Virus record (IMG/VR): IMGVR_UViG_2778260996_000018
Length of the DNA stretch: 13,235 nt
Strand: one strand, 5' to 3'
Source: a virus
Lineage: Duplodnaviria; Heunggongvirae; Uroviricota; Caudoviricetes
A program made the position numbers and the translations under genes. The notes beneath the pieces were generated by a model. The model ran no database searches and had not been told where the DNA came from. It saw nothing but the letters and a program-made list of their open reading frames with translations. How positions within the stretch are numbered: the stretch's first letter is position 1; each line of letters opens with the position of its first letter. Shown here piece after piece: positions 7,121-13,235 of the stretch.

Positions 7121-8299
7121 TCACTTCTTCATTCCAGATTCCATTGCGGTTTTCCCGTCGTATTCAGCCAGGTATTTACCGTAATTGCGGAACAGCATTT
7201 CCGGCCCCTTATGCCCCATCTGCCCGGCAAGCCAGAAAAGGTTTACACCCTGGCTAATGTGTCTGGTGGCGAATGTGTGGCGCGTCTGGTACGGGTTACG
7301 GTAGCGCACACCAGCTTTTTTCAGGGTCGGCACCCATGCTTTTTTACGGATAGCGTCGGCGTTCGTCCAGGGATCTCCCGTTTTCGGATCGCTGAATATG
7401 AACTCACTTTTCATAAAGGTGTATTGCTTCTGCGCCTGCAGGGCCGCCAGCGCCTCACTGTTCAGCTCCACCTTACGGGTACCGGCTTTTGTCTTGGTGC
7501 CTTTAAGTACCCCTACGACACTGGCCGCCTGTATGTGCGCTGTATTACCTATAAAGTCGATATCGGTCCAACGTAATGCGCATAGCTCAGAGCTGCGTAG
7601 CCCTGTATTGAAGGCGAAGCGGAACAGATTCTGCCATTCCTGATACTTGCAGTGCTGATATATGGCACTGGTTTCCGCAGGCGCAAACGGATCAACTTCG
7701 TAATCGTCGGCGTTCGGTTTACTGTCGACCACGTGATACCGGCTGGCGCTGACAAGAGTTACCGGGTTAATAGTCAACAGGCCATCAGTTACAGCCTCAT
7801 CAATGGCGCTGCGCAGAAATGACAGGTTATTCCTGATTGTTTTCAGCTTAGTTTTTCGGCTGGCTATCCAATTTTTTAGTACCGCAGGCGTCAATTCTGT
7901 TACATGTAGTTTATGTAGTTCTGATAGTGCTGATAGACATTTTTCGTAACCGCCAATGGTTGACGGCGACAGATTGCGGTTCATGCAAATTTTCAGGTAT
8001 TCATCAAGATAGGACTTAATATTTTTGGTTTTCTTTACTACACCGAATAACTCCAGTTTTTTGGAACTGGGGAAATATTTCGCATATTCAAACGTTCCGC
8101 TGGCGATCTGATTTTGTATCTCCCCTAGCAGGCGCTCAGCATATTTAATACCACGTGTATTTGCCTCAAGCCGAGACAGGGGCTCCCTGCAAAGAACCCC
8201 TTTATATGTGAAAGTGATAACTAGTGTTGAAGCAGTTTTATGCTTACGAATAGTTACTCCTCTTGGCAGAGATAATAATCCTTGTTCTTTCTTGCCCAT
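7121..8299 (-). CDS. int: Lambda-type (phage) tyrosine integrase
   Basis: 392-aa ORF. Catalytic signature near the C-terminus: PYQTRHTFATRHISQGVNLFWLAGQMGHKGPEMLFRNYGKYL (R, H-x-x-R, H, Y). AGAGG Shine-Dalgarno upstream. Its 3' end faces the att remnant, as in lambda where int is transcribed toward attP. Confidence 0.9.
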   Translation of the reverse strand: MGKKEQGLLSLPRGVTIRKHKTASTLVITFTYKGVLCREPLSRLEANTRGIKYAERLLGEIQNQIASGTFEYAKYFPSSKKLELFGVVKKTKNIKSYLDEYLKICMNRNLSPSTIGGYEKCLSALSELHKLHVTELTPAVLKNWIASRKTKLKTIRNNLSFLRSAIDEAVTDGLLTINPVTLVSASRYHVVDSKPNADDYEVDPFAPAETSAIYQHCKYQEWQNLFRFAFNTGLRSSELCALRWTDIDFIGNTAHIQAASVVGVLKGTKTKAGTRKVELNSEALAALQAQKQYTFMKSEFIFSDPKTGDPWTNADAIRKKAWVPTLKKAGVRYRNPYQTRHTFATRHISQGVNLFWLAGQMGHKGPEMLFRNYGKYLAEYDGKTAMESGMKK

Positions 8300-8463
8300 T
8301 TTGAAACCTCTATTAAGTCGACCCAGCGTTCTTTAACTCCGTCGACTTTTAATACATGAACCCCTTCTTTCCATATTCCTCTTTGTATCCGTTTGTTAAC
8401 GGCATCAACCGTTTCTCCCGCGTCGCGGCAGTAGGTTGATATAGGCACGCAATCCAGCCCCAT
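8254..8463 (-). CDS. xis: Probable excisionase / small DNA-binding recombination directionality factor
   Basis: 69-aa ORF directly upstream of int and overlapping it by 46 nt (xis-int arrangement of lambdoid phages). Small basic protein; GAGGTGA Shine-Dalgarno. Assignment is by position and size, not by a recognised motif. Confidence 0.6.
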   Translation of the reverse strand: MGLDCVPISTYCRDAGETVDAVNKRIQRGIWKEGVHVLKVDGVKERWVDLIEVSKWARKNKDYYLCQEE

Positions 8464-8471
8464 ACATCACC

Positions 8472-8618
8472 TCACATAACACTCAGCCCACGGCAGTGGC
8501 ACCACACGTCAAACATTCGCTTCACAACTTCACGACAGTAGAAGCCGTCAACATCTCGCGTCAGGTTATAGCGATTGCCGTAACGCTGGTGGACCCATTG
8601 TTCAAATGCTTTATTCAT
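8472..8618 (-). CDS. Small Cys/His-rich hypothetical protein (48 aa), below the ORF-track size cut-off
   Basis: Translated by hand: MNKAFEQWVHQRYGNRYNLTRDVDGFYCREVVKRMFDVWCHCRGLSVM. GGAAG Shine-Dalgarno 6 nt upstream; start lies 3 nt after the stop of the upstream 92-aa ORF and its stop 8 nt before xis, fitting the coupled operon. Confidence 0.35.
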   Translation of the reverse strand: MNKAFEQWVHQRYGNRYNLTRDVDGFYCREVVKRMFDVWCHCRGLSVM

Positions 8619-8621
8619 TCT

Positions 8622-8900
8622 TTACTTCCTTTTTATGGCTCGTAATTTTTTCAGGTGCTTTTCCTGCTCAGTGTCCGCGAGAATTTTGCGGTACTCCTGG
8701 TGGTCAATATGTTCGAACAGGCAGTTTAACTCACCAATGCGTACCCGCCCGGATCGTCCGTCCATCCGTCGAAAGAACACTGAGTGCTCAGTGATGCGAG
8801 TAATCACCACGGGGTATCCGGCTCTGTCCGTGTATATCTGACCGCGTTGAATCAAAGCGAACATGTGGTTATCCCCATCGACAAATTGAGAACACAACAA
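8622..8900 (-). CDS. Hypothetical prophage early-region protein
   Basis: 92-aa ORF, co-directional and tightly packed in the early-left operon. No family recognised. Confidence 0.5.
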   Translation of the reverse strand: MLCSQFVDGDNHMFALIQRGQIYTDRAGYPVVITRITEHSVFFRRMDGRSGRVRIGELNCLFEHIDHQEYRKILADTEQEKHLKKLRAIKRK

Positions 8901-8987
8901 ACGCTACTGCGAATACCACCCCCAGAGTTACGATTGCATCAGGCCAGCTCATTGATTCACCTCCTGCGGCGTCCTGGTATTCGATTT

Positions 8988-9556
8988 TCATTCCGGATGC
9001 TCCTGAGCCACATTGAAATCGCCATGATCACGACAAGGCATCACAACAAATTCAGGATTGCCATACATTGAGTTGATGATGGAATCAAACTGAATTCTGA
9101 CCGCTTGCCCGTCACCGGAGGAACGTAACTGGACGGGAATAAATTTACGCTCACGACCAAACATCTTCTCTGGATAACTCAGGTAACCCGCCTGGATCAC
9201 CGGGTGTGTACAGAGGTCAAATTTTTTCGGAATGATGCGTTCCAAATCCGGAAAACAACCGTCCACCAATTTAATGCCGGTAATGGACAGCCGGCGCTGA
9301 AACTGGTCGCGATGAACAGGATCGGCTCTTTACTAAAAATCAGCTCTGTCGTTTCGGCTTTGGCCGGGACGCCACCTTCGAACTGGACAATGATGTTTTT
9401 CTTCGTCCGGATGCCGTGAGTCATGCGCAGTGCTACGAAACCATTGGTTGCCTCAATATGTTTTGGCGTGATGTGAAGACCGTTCAGGTAATAACGAACG
9501 TCGTTTTTAGCAGCGCACACCAGAGCGGCGCGAATAAGTTTTGACTGGATGATCAT
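8988..9556 (-). pseudogene. Sliding-clamp (DnaN, DNA polymerase III beta) domain II-III-like gene, split between two reading frames
   Basis: The N-part (ORF 9197-9556) contains DVRYYLNG, an exact 8-mer shared with E. coli DnaN as I recall it. The C-part (ORF 8988-9269 frame) contains KLVDGCFPD (DnaN: KLVDGRFPD) and EFVVMPCR (DnaN: AYVVMPMR) in the right order. The two halves are in different frames, separated by about 56-59 nt near 9287-9345 with in-frame stops. Confidence 0.5.
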
Positions 9557-10302
9557 GCTTTATCCTCCCATCCGATTACCTGAAAAAGCCCCATCTTCGG
9601 GTGATACCAGCGTGTGCCGCGTGGTTCAGCCTCTGACATCATTTGGTGGAACGCCGCCATAAATGTCTCAAGCTCGACGACAGCCCTGCGAGACAACAGA
9701 CCGTCCGGAGTCATAAATTCGTGCGTGTCGGTAGGGATGTGGTAGGCGTTGACCAGATTCCGACACTTGGCGTCACTCATTCCGCTTTTGGCTACCACCT
9801 GGCGGTAACCGACATATCCGGTGCGCATTGTGCCGCGTTTGATGTTCTCCACAGCTTTGGTGACCGTTTCGATCTTCTCTTCAACATGACTCAGGCGCTT
9901 CTGCTGGCGAACGGCATCGGCGGCCATTGCAGCGATCATCTCCATTTCCGTCAGCGGCGCGTGAGTTCGGAAATAGCTGTTAACCAGTTCGCGCTGAACC
10001 TGCCATGCAAGAGCATCGTTAAAAGGCTTCGTCAACATCAGGTAACCAGACTCGAAAAGAATGATCCCTTTGGCAGTTCGCGCGGCAAAGGCATCAGAAA
10101 GTGACTCCGTACGTATTACGTCCGCAGTCATTTCAAGAAAATCCACCCCTTCGATAAAGTGAGAACGGTTGCGGTTAAACGCAGCACGGGCGGTACCTTC
10201 CGGGCGCTGGTGGACGTCATCAATTATTGCAAATGTCACAACACGCTGACCGCGATATTCGATTACCGGAAACTGTTTGTTGTTGATGGTTACAATATTC
10301 AT
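9553..10302 (-). CDS. ORF6N-domain phage antirepressor-like protein
   Basis: N-terminus MNIVTINNKQFPVIEYRGQRVVTFAIIDDVHQRPEGTARAAFNRNRSHFIEGVDF resembles the ORF6N/antirepressor N-terminal domain. Start chosen at ATG 10302 (GGAG 6 nt upstream) rather than the ORF-track ATG at 10377, which would overlap the upstream gene. The stop overlaps the start of the clamp-like gene (ATGA). Confidence 0.6.
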   Translation of the reverse strand: MNIVTINNKQFPVIEYRGQRVVTFAIIDDVHQRPEGTARAAFNRNRSHFIEGVDFLEMTADVIRTESLSDAFAARTAKGIILFESGYLMLTKPFNDALAWQVQRELVNSYFRTHAPLTEMEMIAAMAADAVRQQKRLSHVEEKIETVTKAVENIKRGTMRTGYVGYRQVVAKSGMSDAKCRNLVNAYHIPTDTHEFMTPDGLLSRRAVVELETFMAAFHQMMSEAEPRGTRWYHPKMGLFQVIGWEDKA

Positions 10303-10345
10303 TTTTATCTCCAGACAGCCCGGCGTGTAATACCGGGCATATGTA

Positions 10346-11173
10346 TTACTTAACCTGAATAAATGGTGTGTTGGCACCGCTGGTCATGTATTGCGGCAGT
10401 GTACCGTTCCACTTGTTGATGGCTTCCAGCTCCATAACACCGGGGTTCTGGCGCAGAGCTTCACCGCGTAAACGAATAGCATCGGCTTCGGCCTGGGCTT
10501 TTGTGCGAATCGCATCTGCCTGTCCGGCAGCTTCCGCGCGCAACATGTTGGCTTCCGCTTCGCGCTGTTTTACTTCCTGCTCGCGTTGCAGGGTTTTCTG
10601 GTTCGCCGTGACTTTGGCATTAATGCTGTCGATAACAGTAGGTGGGTACTCCGGCTTACCCACATATGAGAGGCTCATTACCTGAATACCGATGGGCGTC
10701 ATTTCTTCCTGAATGTCTTTAAGAGCTGCATCCAGCAGCTCAGACTTGCCGCCGTCGATAAATTTGTCGGTGGTCATTTTGCTGGCCAGTCGGTTGAGTG
10801 CGTCGGCTATCTTCTGGCGCAGGTCGGTGTCGGTAATGTCGTCCACGCCTTTGCGGTAGGTCTGAAAGACTGTGGTAACTTTGGATGGATCAACTTTGTA
10901 GGCCACGCCGATGTGATAGCCGATGGTTGTACCGTCACTCATCTGGAAACTGAATGGATCATCGTAGGTCTTCATCTGCTTAAAGGTCGGGAAGATGTAA
11001 ACCTCAGTGTTCCATCCCGTCCAGTAGCGCCCAACACCGACCACTTCACCGACGCCTTTATCGTCGCCCAGTTTGTTTACTTTGATGCCCACATTACCAG
11101 GCTCAACGCGATCGCAACCGACAAGGCCAATGGTCGGCAGAACAAGGGCTAAAGCAAAAAGTAATTTTTTCAT
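10346..11173 (-). CDS. SPFH/Band-7 (prohibitin/HflK-like) domain lipoprotein
   Basis: 275-aa ORF. Signal peptide with lipobox (MKKLLFALALVLPTIGLVGC), SPFH-like core, and a C-terminal A/E/Q/R-rich coiled coil (QREQEVKQREAEANMLRAEAAGQADAIR...) as in HflK/HflC-type proteins. Confidence 0.8.
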   Translation of the reverse strand: MKKLLFALALVLPTIGLVGCDRVEPGNVGIKVNKLGDDKGVGEVVGVGRYWTGWNTEVYIFPTFKQMKTYDDPFSFQMSDGTTIGYHIGVAYKVDPSKVTTVFQTYRKGVDDITDTDLRQKIADALNRLASKMTTDKFIDGGKSELLDAALKDIQEEMTPIGIQVMSLSYVGKPEYPPTVIDSINAKVTANQKTLQREQEVKQREAEANMLRAEAAGQADAIRTKAQAEADAIRLRGEALRQNPGVMELEAINKWNGTLPQYMTSGANTPFIQVK

Positions 11174-11358
11174 CTTTTATCCTTAGAAAAAGAAAGACCC
11201 TTATAAATGGCATAAATGCAGGGCGGGGTCAGACACGCCAGAGCAAAGCCAGAAATCACTGCTACCGTATCCTTCATTGATATGAGGGCCGGAACGATTA
11301 ATCCGTAAATACATGTGATAATTGCCAGTGATATAACTATTCTGAAATAAATGTTCAT
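11170..11358 (-). CDS. Small two-TM membrane protein, translationally coupled to the SPFH lipoprotein gene
   Basis: 62-aa ORF with two hydrophobic helices (IVISLAIITCIYGLIVPALI, VAVISGFALACLTPPCIYAIY). Strong AGGAGG Shine-Dalgarno 4 nt upstream; ATGA stop/start overlap with the SPFH gene. Confidence 0.6.
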   Translation of the reverse strand: MNIYFRIVISLAIITCIYGLIVPALISMKDTVAVISGFALACLTPPCIYAIYKGLSFSKDKR

Positions 11359-11418
11359 GGTCCTCCTGATGTATTCGGCTTGCCTTATTTAATTGCGTCA
11401 TGGTTAATTTCGTTTACG

Positions 11419-11811
11419 TCAGAATGGTTTTGTTGCCATCAGTTCGTAATATCCGGCGCTCCATGTGTCATATTTTCTGAACCATTTTTCTGTATACTGT
11501 TTCCTGGCGATGAGTCTGCGCAGTCGTCTGATTGTTCGCTGGTGTGCGCGGGTATACTCTGTGGTTGATTCTCCACGTTTCCATATCTCATTCCTGTTGA
11601 AGATAAAACGCTTGTCAGGATAGCGTTGTCGGAATCCTGAACGTTCAAAAGCGCGGGTGGTCATAAAGAATGCCAGGTAACGAATTGCCGTTTTTCGGGT
11701 GAGGCATTTTTTTGTTCTTCCGTGGCGTGTTACAAAAAATAACGGGCCGACGGGTGTATCATGTTTCTGTAATGCCTGGTCAATGGTGCTGGCGGTGCGG
11801 TTGTCGATCAT
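11419..11811 (-). CDS. Hypothetical basic protein
   Basis: 130-aa ORF, Arg/Lys-rich; ATGA overlap with the upstream 72-aa ORF. No family recognised. Confidence 0.5.
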   Translation of the reverse strand: MIDNRTASTIDQALQKHDTPVGPLFFVTRHGRTKKCLTRKTAIRYLAFFMTTRAFERSGFRQRYPDKRFIFNRNEIWKRGESTTEYTRAHQRTIRRLRRLIARKQYTEKWFRKYDTWSAGYYELMATKPF

Positions 11812-12026
11812 TTCTTTATTTCTCCCGAATAACGTTCATGACTCATTACTTCCCAGTTCCGGCCGTCGTCTTTCGATAACAGCCGCCAGCGACGGTTAAC
11901 CTTCAGACTGAGATATCCGGTGCGCTGTATCCGATGCGGAAATATCCGTCGGCATCGGTACAACAACAGGACCTGCAATGCCTGCCGGTGGATCCGCTCA
12001 GGAATGCGTGTTGCTGTTAATGCCAC
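11808..12026 (-). CDS. Hypothetical small basic protein
   Basis: 72-aa ORF, Arg-rich, overlapping the upstream ORF by 29 nt. Coding status uncertain. Confidence 0.35.
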   Translation of the reverse strand: MALTATRIPERIHRQALQVLLLYRCRRIFPHRIQRTGYLSLKVNRRWRLLSKDDGRNWEVMSHERYSGEIKK

Positions 12027-12213
12027 CGGTTTCCTCCTGAGCAGGTGCTGTTATCTGATACCCCGCTCTTTCTGCCAGCCGTATGAATGTATCCATGCTG
12101 GCAATCAGCTCGCCATCGCGGACTTTGCAGACACCTGTGACTTGGCCATTTTCAATTGTCATAACGATCTGCACTTTTTCGTGCACAACAGATACAGGGG
12201 ATAAATTAGCCAT
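11998..12213 (-). CDS. Hypothetical small protein
   Basis: 71-aa ORF; its start overlaps the stop of the upstream 119-aa ORF by one nucleotide. Confidence 0.4.
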   Translation of the reverse strand: MANLSPVSVVHEKVQIVMTIENGQVTGVCKVRDGELIASMDTFIRLAERAGYQITAPAQEETGGINSNTHS

Positions 12214-12572
12214 CAGTTAATTCCTCCGCTGATATATTTTTCTTTCGCGTAATCAATAATCTCTTGAAAAAGGTTGTCTATAATTAACTTTCCGGTTTCA
12301 GTCAGGTATTCAGTATGTTGATTAATCCCGATAGCATTCTGGTATGCAGTGTGGATTTCGGTTTCACCCTCCACCCGGCCCAATTCACCACGGGTAATAC
12401 CTTCGAAGCGTAACAGCAACTGGTTTATAAACTGTTCAGTTATTTCTATGGTCGTAATGTTCCCATCAGGAAGGTCAACAATAAGCAGATTACCACCTGT
12501 TTTACGTTTTATTCGATGGAGTGCCGCAACAGCTATACGGCGACGATATGTATTAATGGGTTCATGTGTCAT
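12213..12572 (-). CDS. Hypothetical protein
   Basis: 119-aa ORF, first sizeable gene after a ~180-bp intergenic region. A 32-codon ORF ends 3 nt before its start. Confidence 0.5.
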   Translation of the reverse strand: MTHEPINTYRRRIAVAALHRIKRKTGGNLLIVDLPDGNITTIEITEQFINQLLLRFEGITRGELGRVEGETEIHTAYQNAIGINQHTEYLTETGKLIIDNLFQEIIDYAKEKYISGGIN

Positions 12573-12756
12573 TTGTTATTTCCCGTATGCTTTCCTGAGA
12601 AACAGTATTGCAACTGACCAGTATCCTGCATTAGCCATTAATAATGCGGTTTTATAAGCACTTCTGTTTTTCATGCATCACCACCATTTTCAGGTTGTGG
12701 AAATTCCCGACCAGAGACCGTTATGTTTTTATGGGTGATTGTTTATTGAGTTTTCT

Positions 12757-12948
12757 TTATTCGTTGCGCAGTGTGTCGATATACGCGTAAGCCATTTCAC
12801 AGGTTTTATTCATGGAGCGAATGAGGCAACATAAATAATCGTCTGTCTCTCCTGAGTCGGGCGAATTCTTAAATATAAATTCAAGCATTGATGTATTCTC
12901 TTTTATTTGTGCTGCCACTTCCTCAAGAATATTTAATGGAGTTTTCAT
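12757..12948 (-). CDS. Hypothetical small acidic protein
   Basis: 63-aa ORF, acidic, ATGA-coupled to the upstream ORF. Confidence 0.45.
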   Translation of the reverse strand: MKTPLNILEEVAAQIKENTSMLEFIFKNSPDSGETDDYLCCLIRSMNKTCEMAYAYIDTLRNE

Positions 12949-13125
12949 GTTCTTTGCTCCTTAAATGCATCGCATGCGCTTCTGGCGTATTGTTGTGCCA
13001 GTAAAAAGATATCATCCGAAAGTTCATCACATTCTTCATCACCGGAAGCCGAAATGATTAACCCCGCTTCAAGCAGTACGGCAATGTGATGAAAAGTTGT
13101 CTCCGGTTCGTTGGTAAGGCCTTTG
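12945..13125 (-). pseudogene. 5'-truncated gene fragment (small acidic protein) interrupted by IS1
   Basis: The ORF-track start at 13139 is a TTG inside the IS1 terminal repeat (13126-13139), so the first ~5 codons derive from IS1. The native protein has no internal Met, so its 5' end has been replaced by the insertion. Confidence 0.45.
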
Positions 13126-13235
13126 GGTGATGCTGCCAACTTACTGATTTAGTGTATGATGGTGTTTTTGAGGTGCTCCAGTGGCTTCTGTTTCTATCAG
13201 CTGTCCCTCCTGTTCAGCTACTGACGGGGTGGTGC
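13126..13235 (+). mobile_element. IS1 insertion sequence, left end (terminal inverted repeat plus start of insA), truncated by the window edge
   Basis: ggtgatgctgccaacttactgat... through ...cagctactgacggggtggtgc matches the IS1 terminus and insA 5' region as I recall it, including the part of IS1 carried in pACYC184 from Tn9. Confidence 0.85.
13181..13235 (+). CDS. insA: IS1 InsA, N-terminal 18 codons (partial; runs off the window)
   Basis: GTG start followed by codons for ASVSISCPSCSATDGVV, the known InsA N-terminus (zinc-finger region). Confidence 0.8.
   Translation, partial: MASVSISCPSCSATDGVV

Larger units (their letters stand above)
5625..13125 (-). mobile_element. Lambdoid prophage remnant, int-proximal arm (moron, int, xis, early-left accessory operon), capped by IS1
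   Basis: xis-int overlap; int 3' end facing the att remnant; 13 or more co-directional small genes with ATGA/short-gap coupling; antirepressor-like and clamp-like phage genes; frameshifted gene and IS1 insertion indicate decay. Confidence 0.6.

Noticed and set aside
7063-7755. ORFs 7063-7257, 7100-7576, 7398-7643 (plus) and 7549-7755 (minus)
   Set aside because: Antisense or alternative-frame ORFs inside the lambda-type integrase gene; one also spans the bidirectional terminator.
9287-9345. Programmed ribosomal frameshift in the clamp-like gene
   Set aside because: No slippery heptamer or downstream structure typical of programmed frameshifting was evident, and the intervening segment has no counterpart in DnaN; a mutational frameshift or insertion (or sequencing error) is more parsimonious.
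8606-11401. ORFs 8606-8794, 8635-8841, 8784-9071, 9204-9419, 9643-10104, 10159-10353, 10368-10685, 10913-11152 (plus) and 11201-11401 (minus)
   Set aside because: All overlap better-supported minus-strand genes (clamp-like, antirepressor-like, SPFH, 62-aa membrane protein), either antisense or in an alternative frame.
11380-12657. ORFs 11380-11568, 11699-11899, 11920-12204, 12349-12657 (plus) and 11439-11648 (minus)
   Set aside because: Antisense or alternative-frame to the coupled minus-strand gene chain; no convincing start signals.
13126-13235. First impression that the window end matches the p15A/pACYC184 plasmid replicon region (possible ColE1-type origin or vector contamination)
   Set aside because: The matching segment is the part of pACYC184 derived from Tn9, which is the end of IS1. 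The sequence encodes the InsA N-terminus (ASVSISCPSCSATDGVV) and begins with the IS1 terminal repeat, so it is an IS1 copy, not a plasmid origin.
1-13235. CRISPR array, rRNA or intact tRNA genes
   Set aside because: No regularly spaced direct repeats of CRISPR type and no rRNA- or tRNA-like sequence seen on reading through; the only tRNA-like sequence is the ssrA remnant.

Overview
Enterobacterial (E. coli/Shigella-like) accessory region organised around a 36-bp remnant of the 3' end of ssrA (tmRNA) at 5589-5624, a classic integration hotspot. Left of it lies an integrative-island arm: a P4-type tyrosine integrase (4194-5465, minus), a small polytopic membrane protein, and a markedly AT-rich two-gene cassette (199-3667, plus). 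The cassette encodes a cytoplasmic histidine-kinase-like protein and a receiver-domain protein whose ~430-aa output domain I cannot assign to any family; it is the best candidate for an undescribed two-component-type defence/signalling system. Right of the remnant is the int-proximal arm of a lambdoid prophage remnant: a two-gene moron (5959-7079) bracketed by terminators, a lambda-type integrase plus excisionase (7121-8463), and a long co-directional, translationally coupled minus-strand operon. That operon holds a frameshifted DnaN-like clamp fragment, an ORF6N antirepressor-like protein, an SPFH lipoprotein with a small membrane partner, and several small ORFs; its upstream end is cut by an IS1 copy (13126 to window end). 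No rRNA, intact tRNA/tmRNA or CRISPR array was found. All calls rest on reading the supplied translations and sequence by eye; no database search was run.
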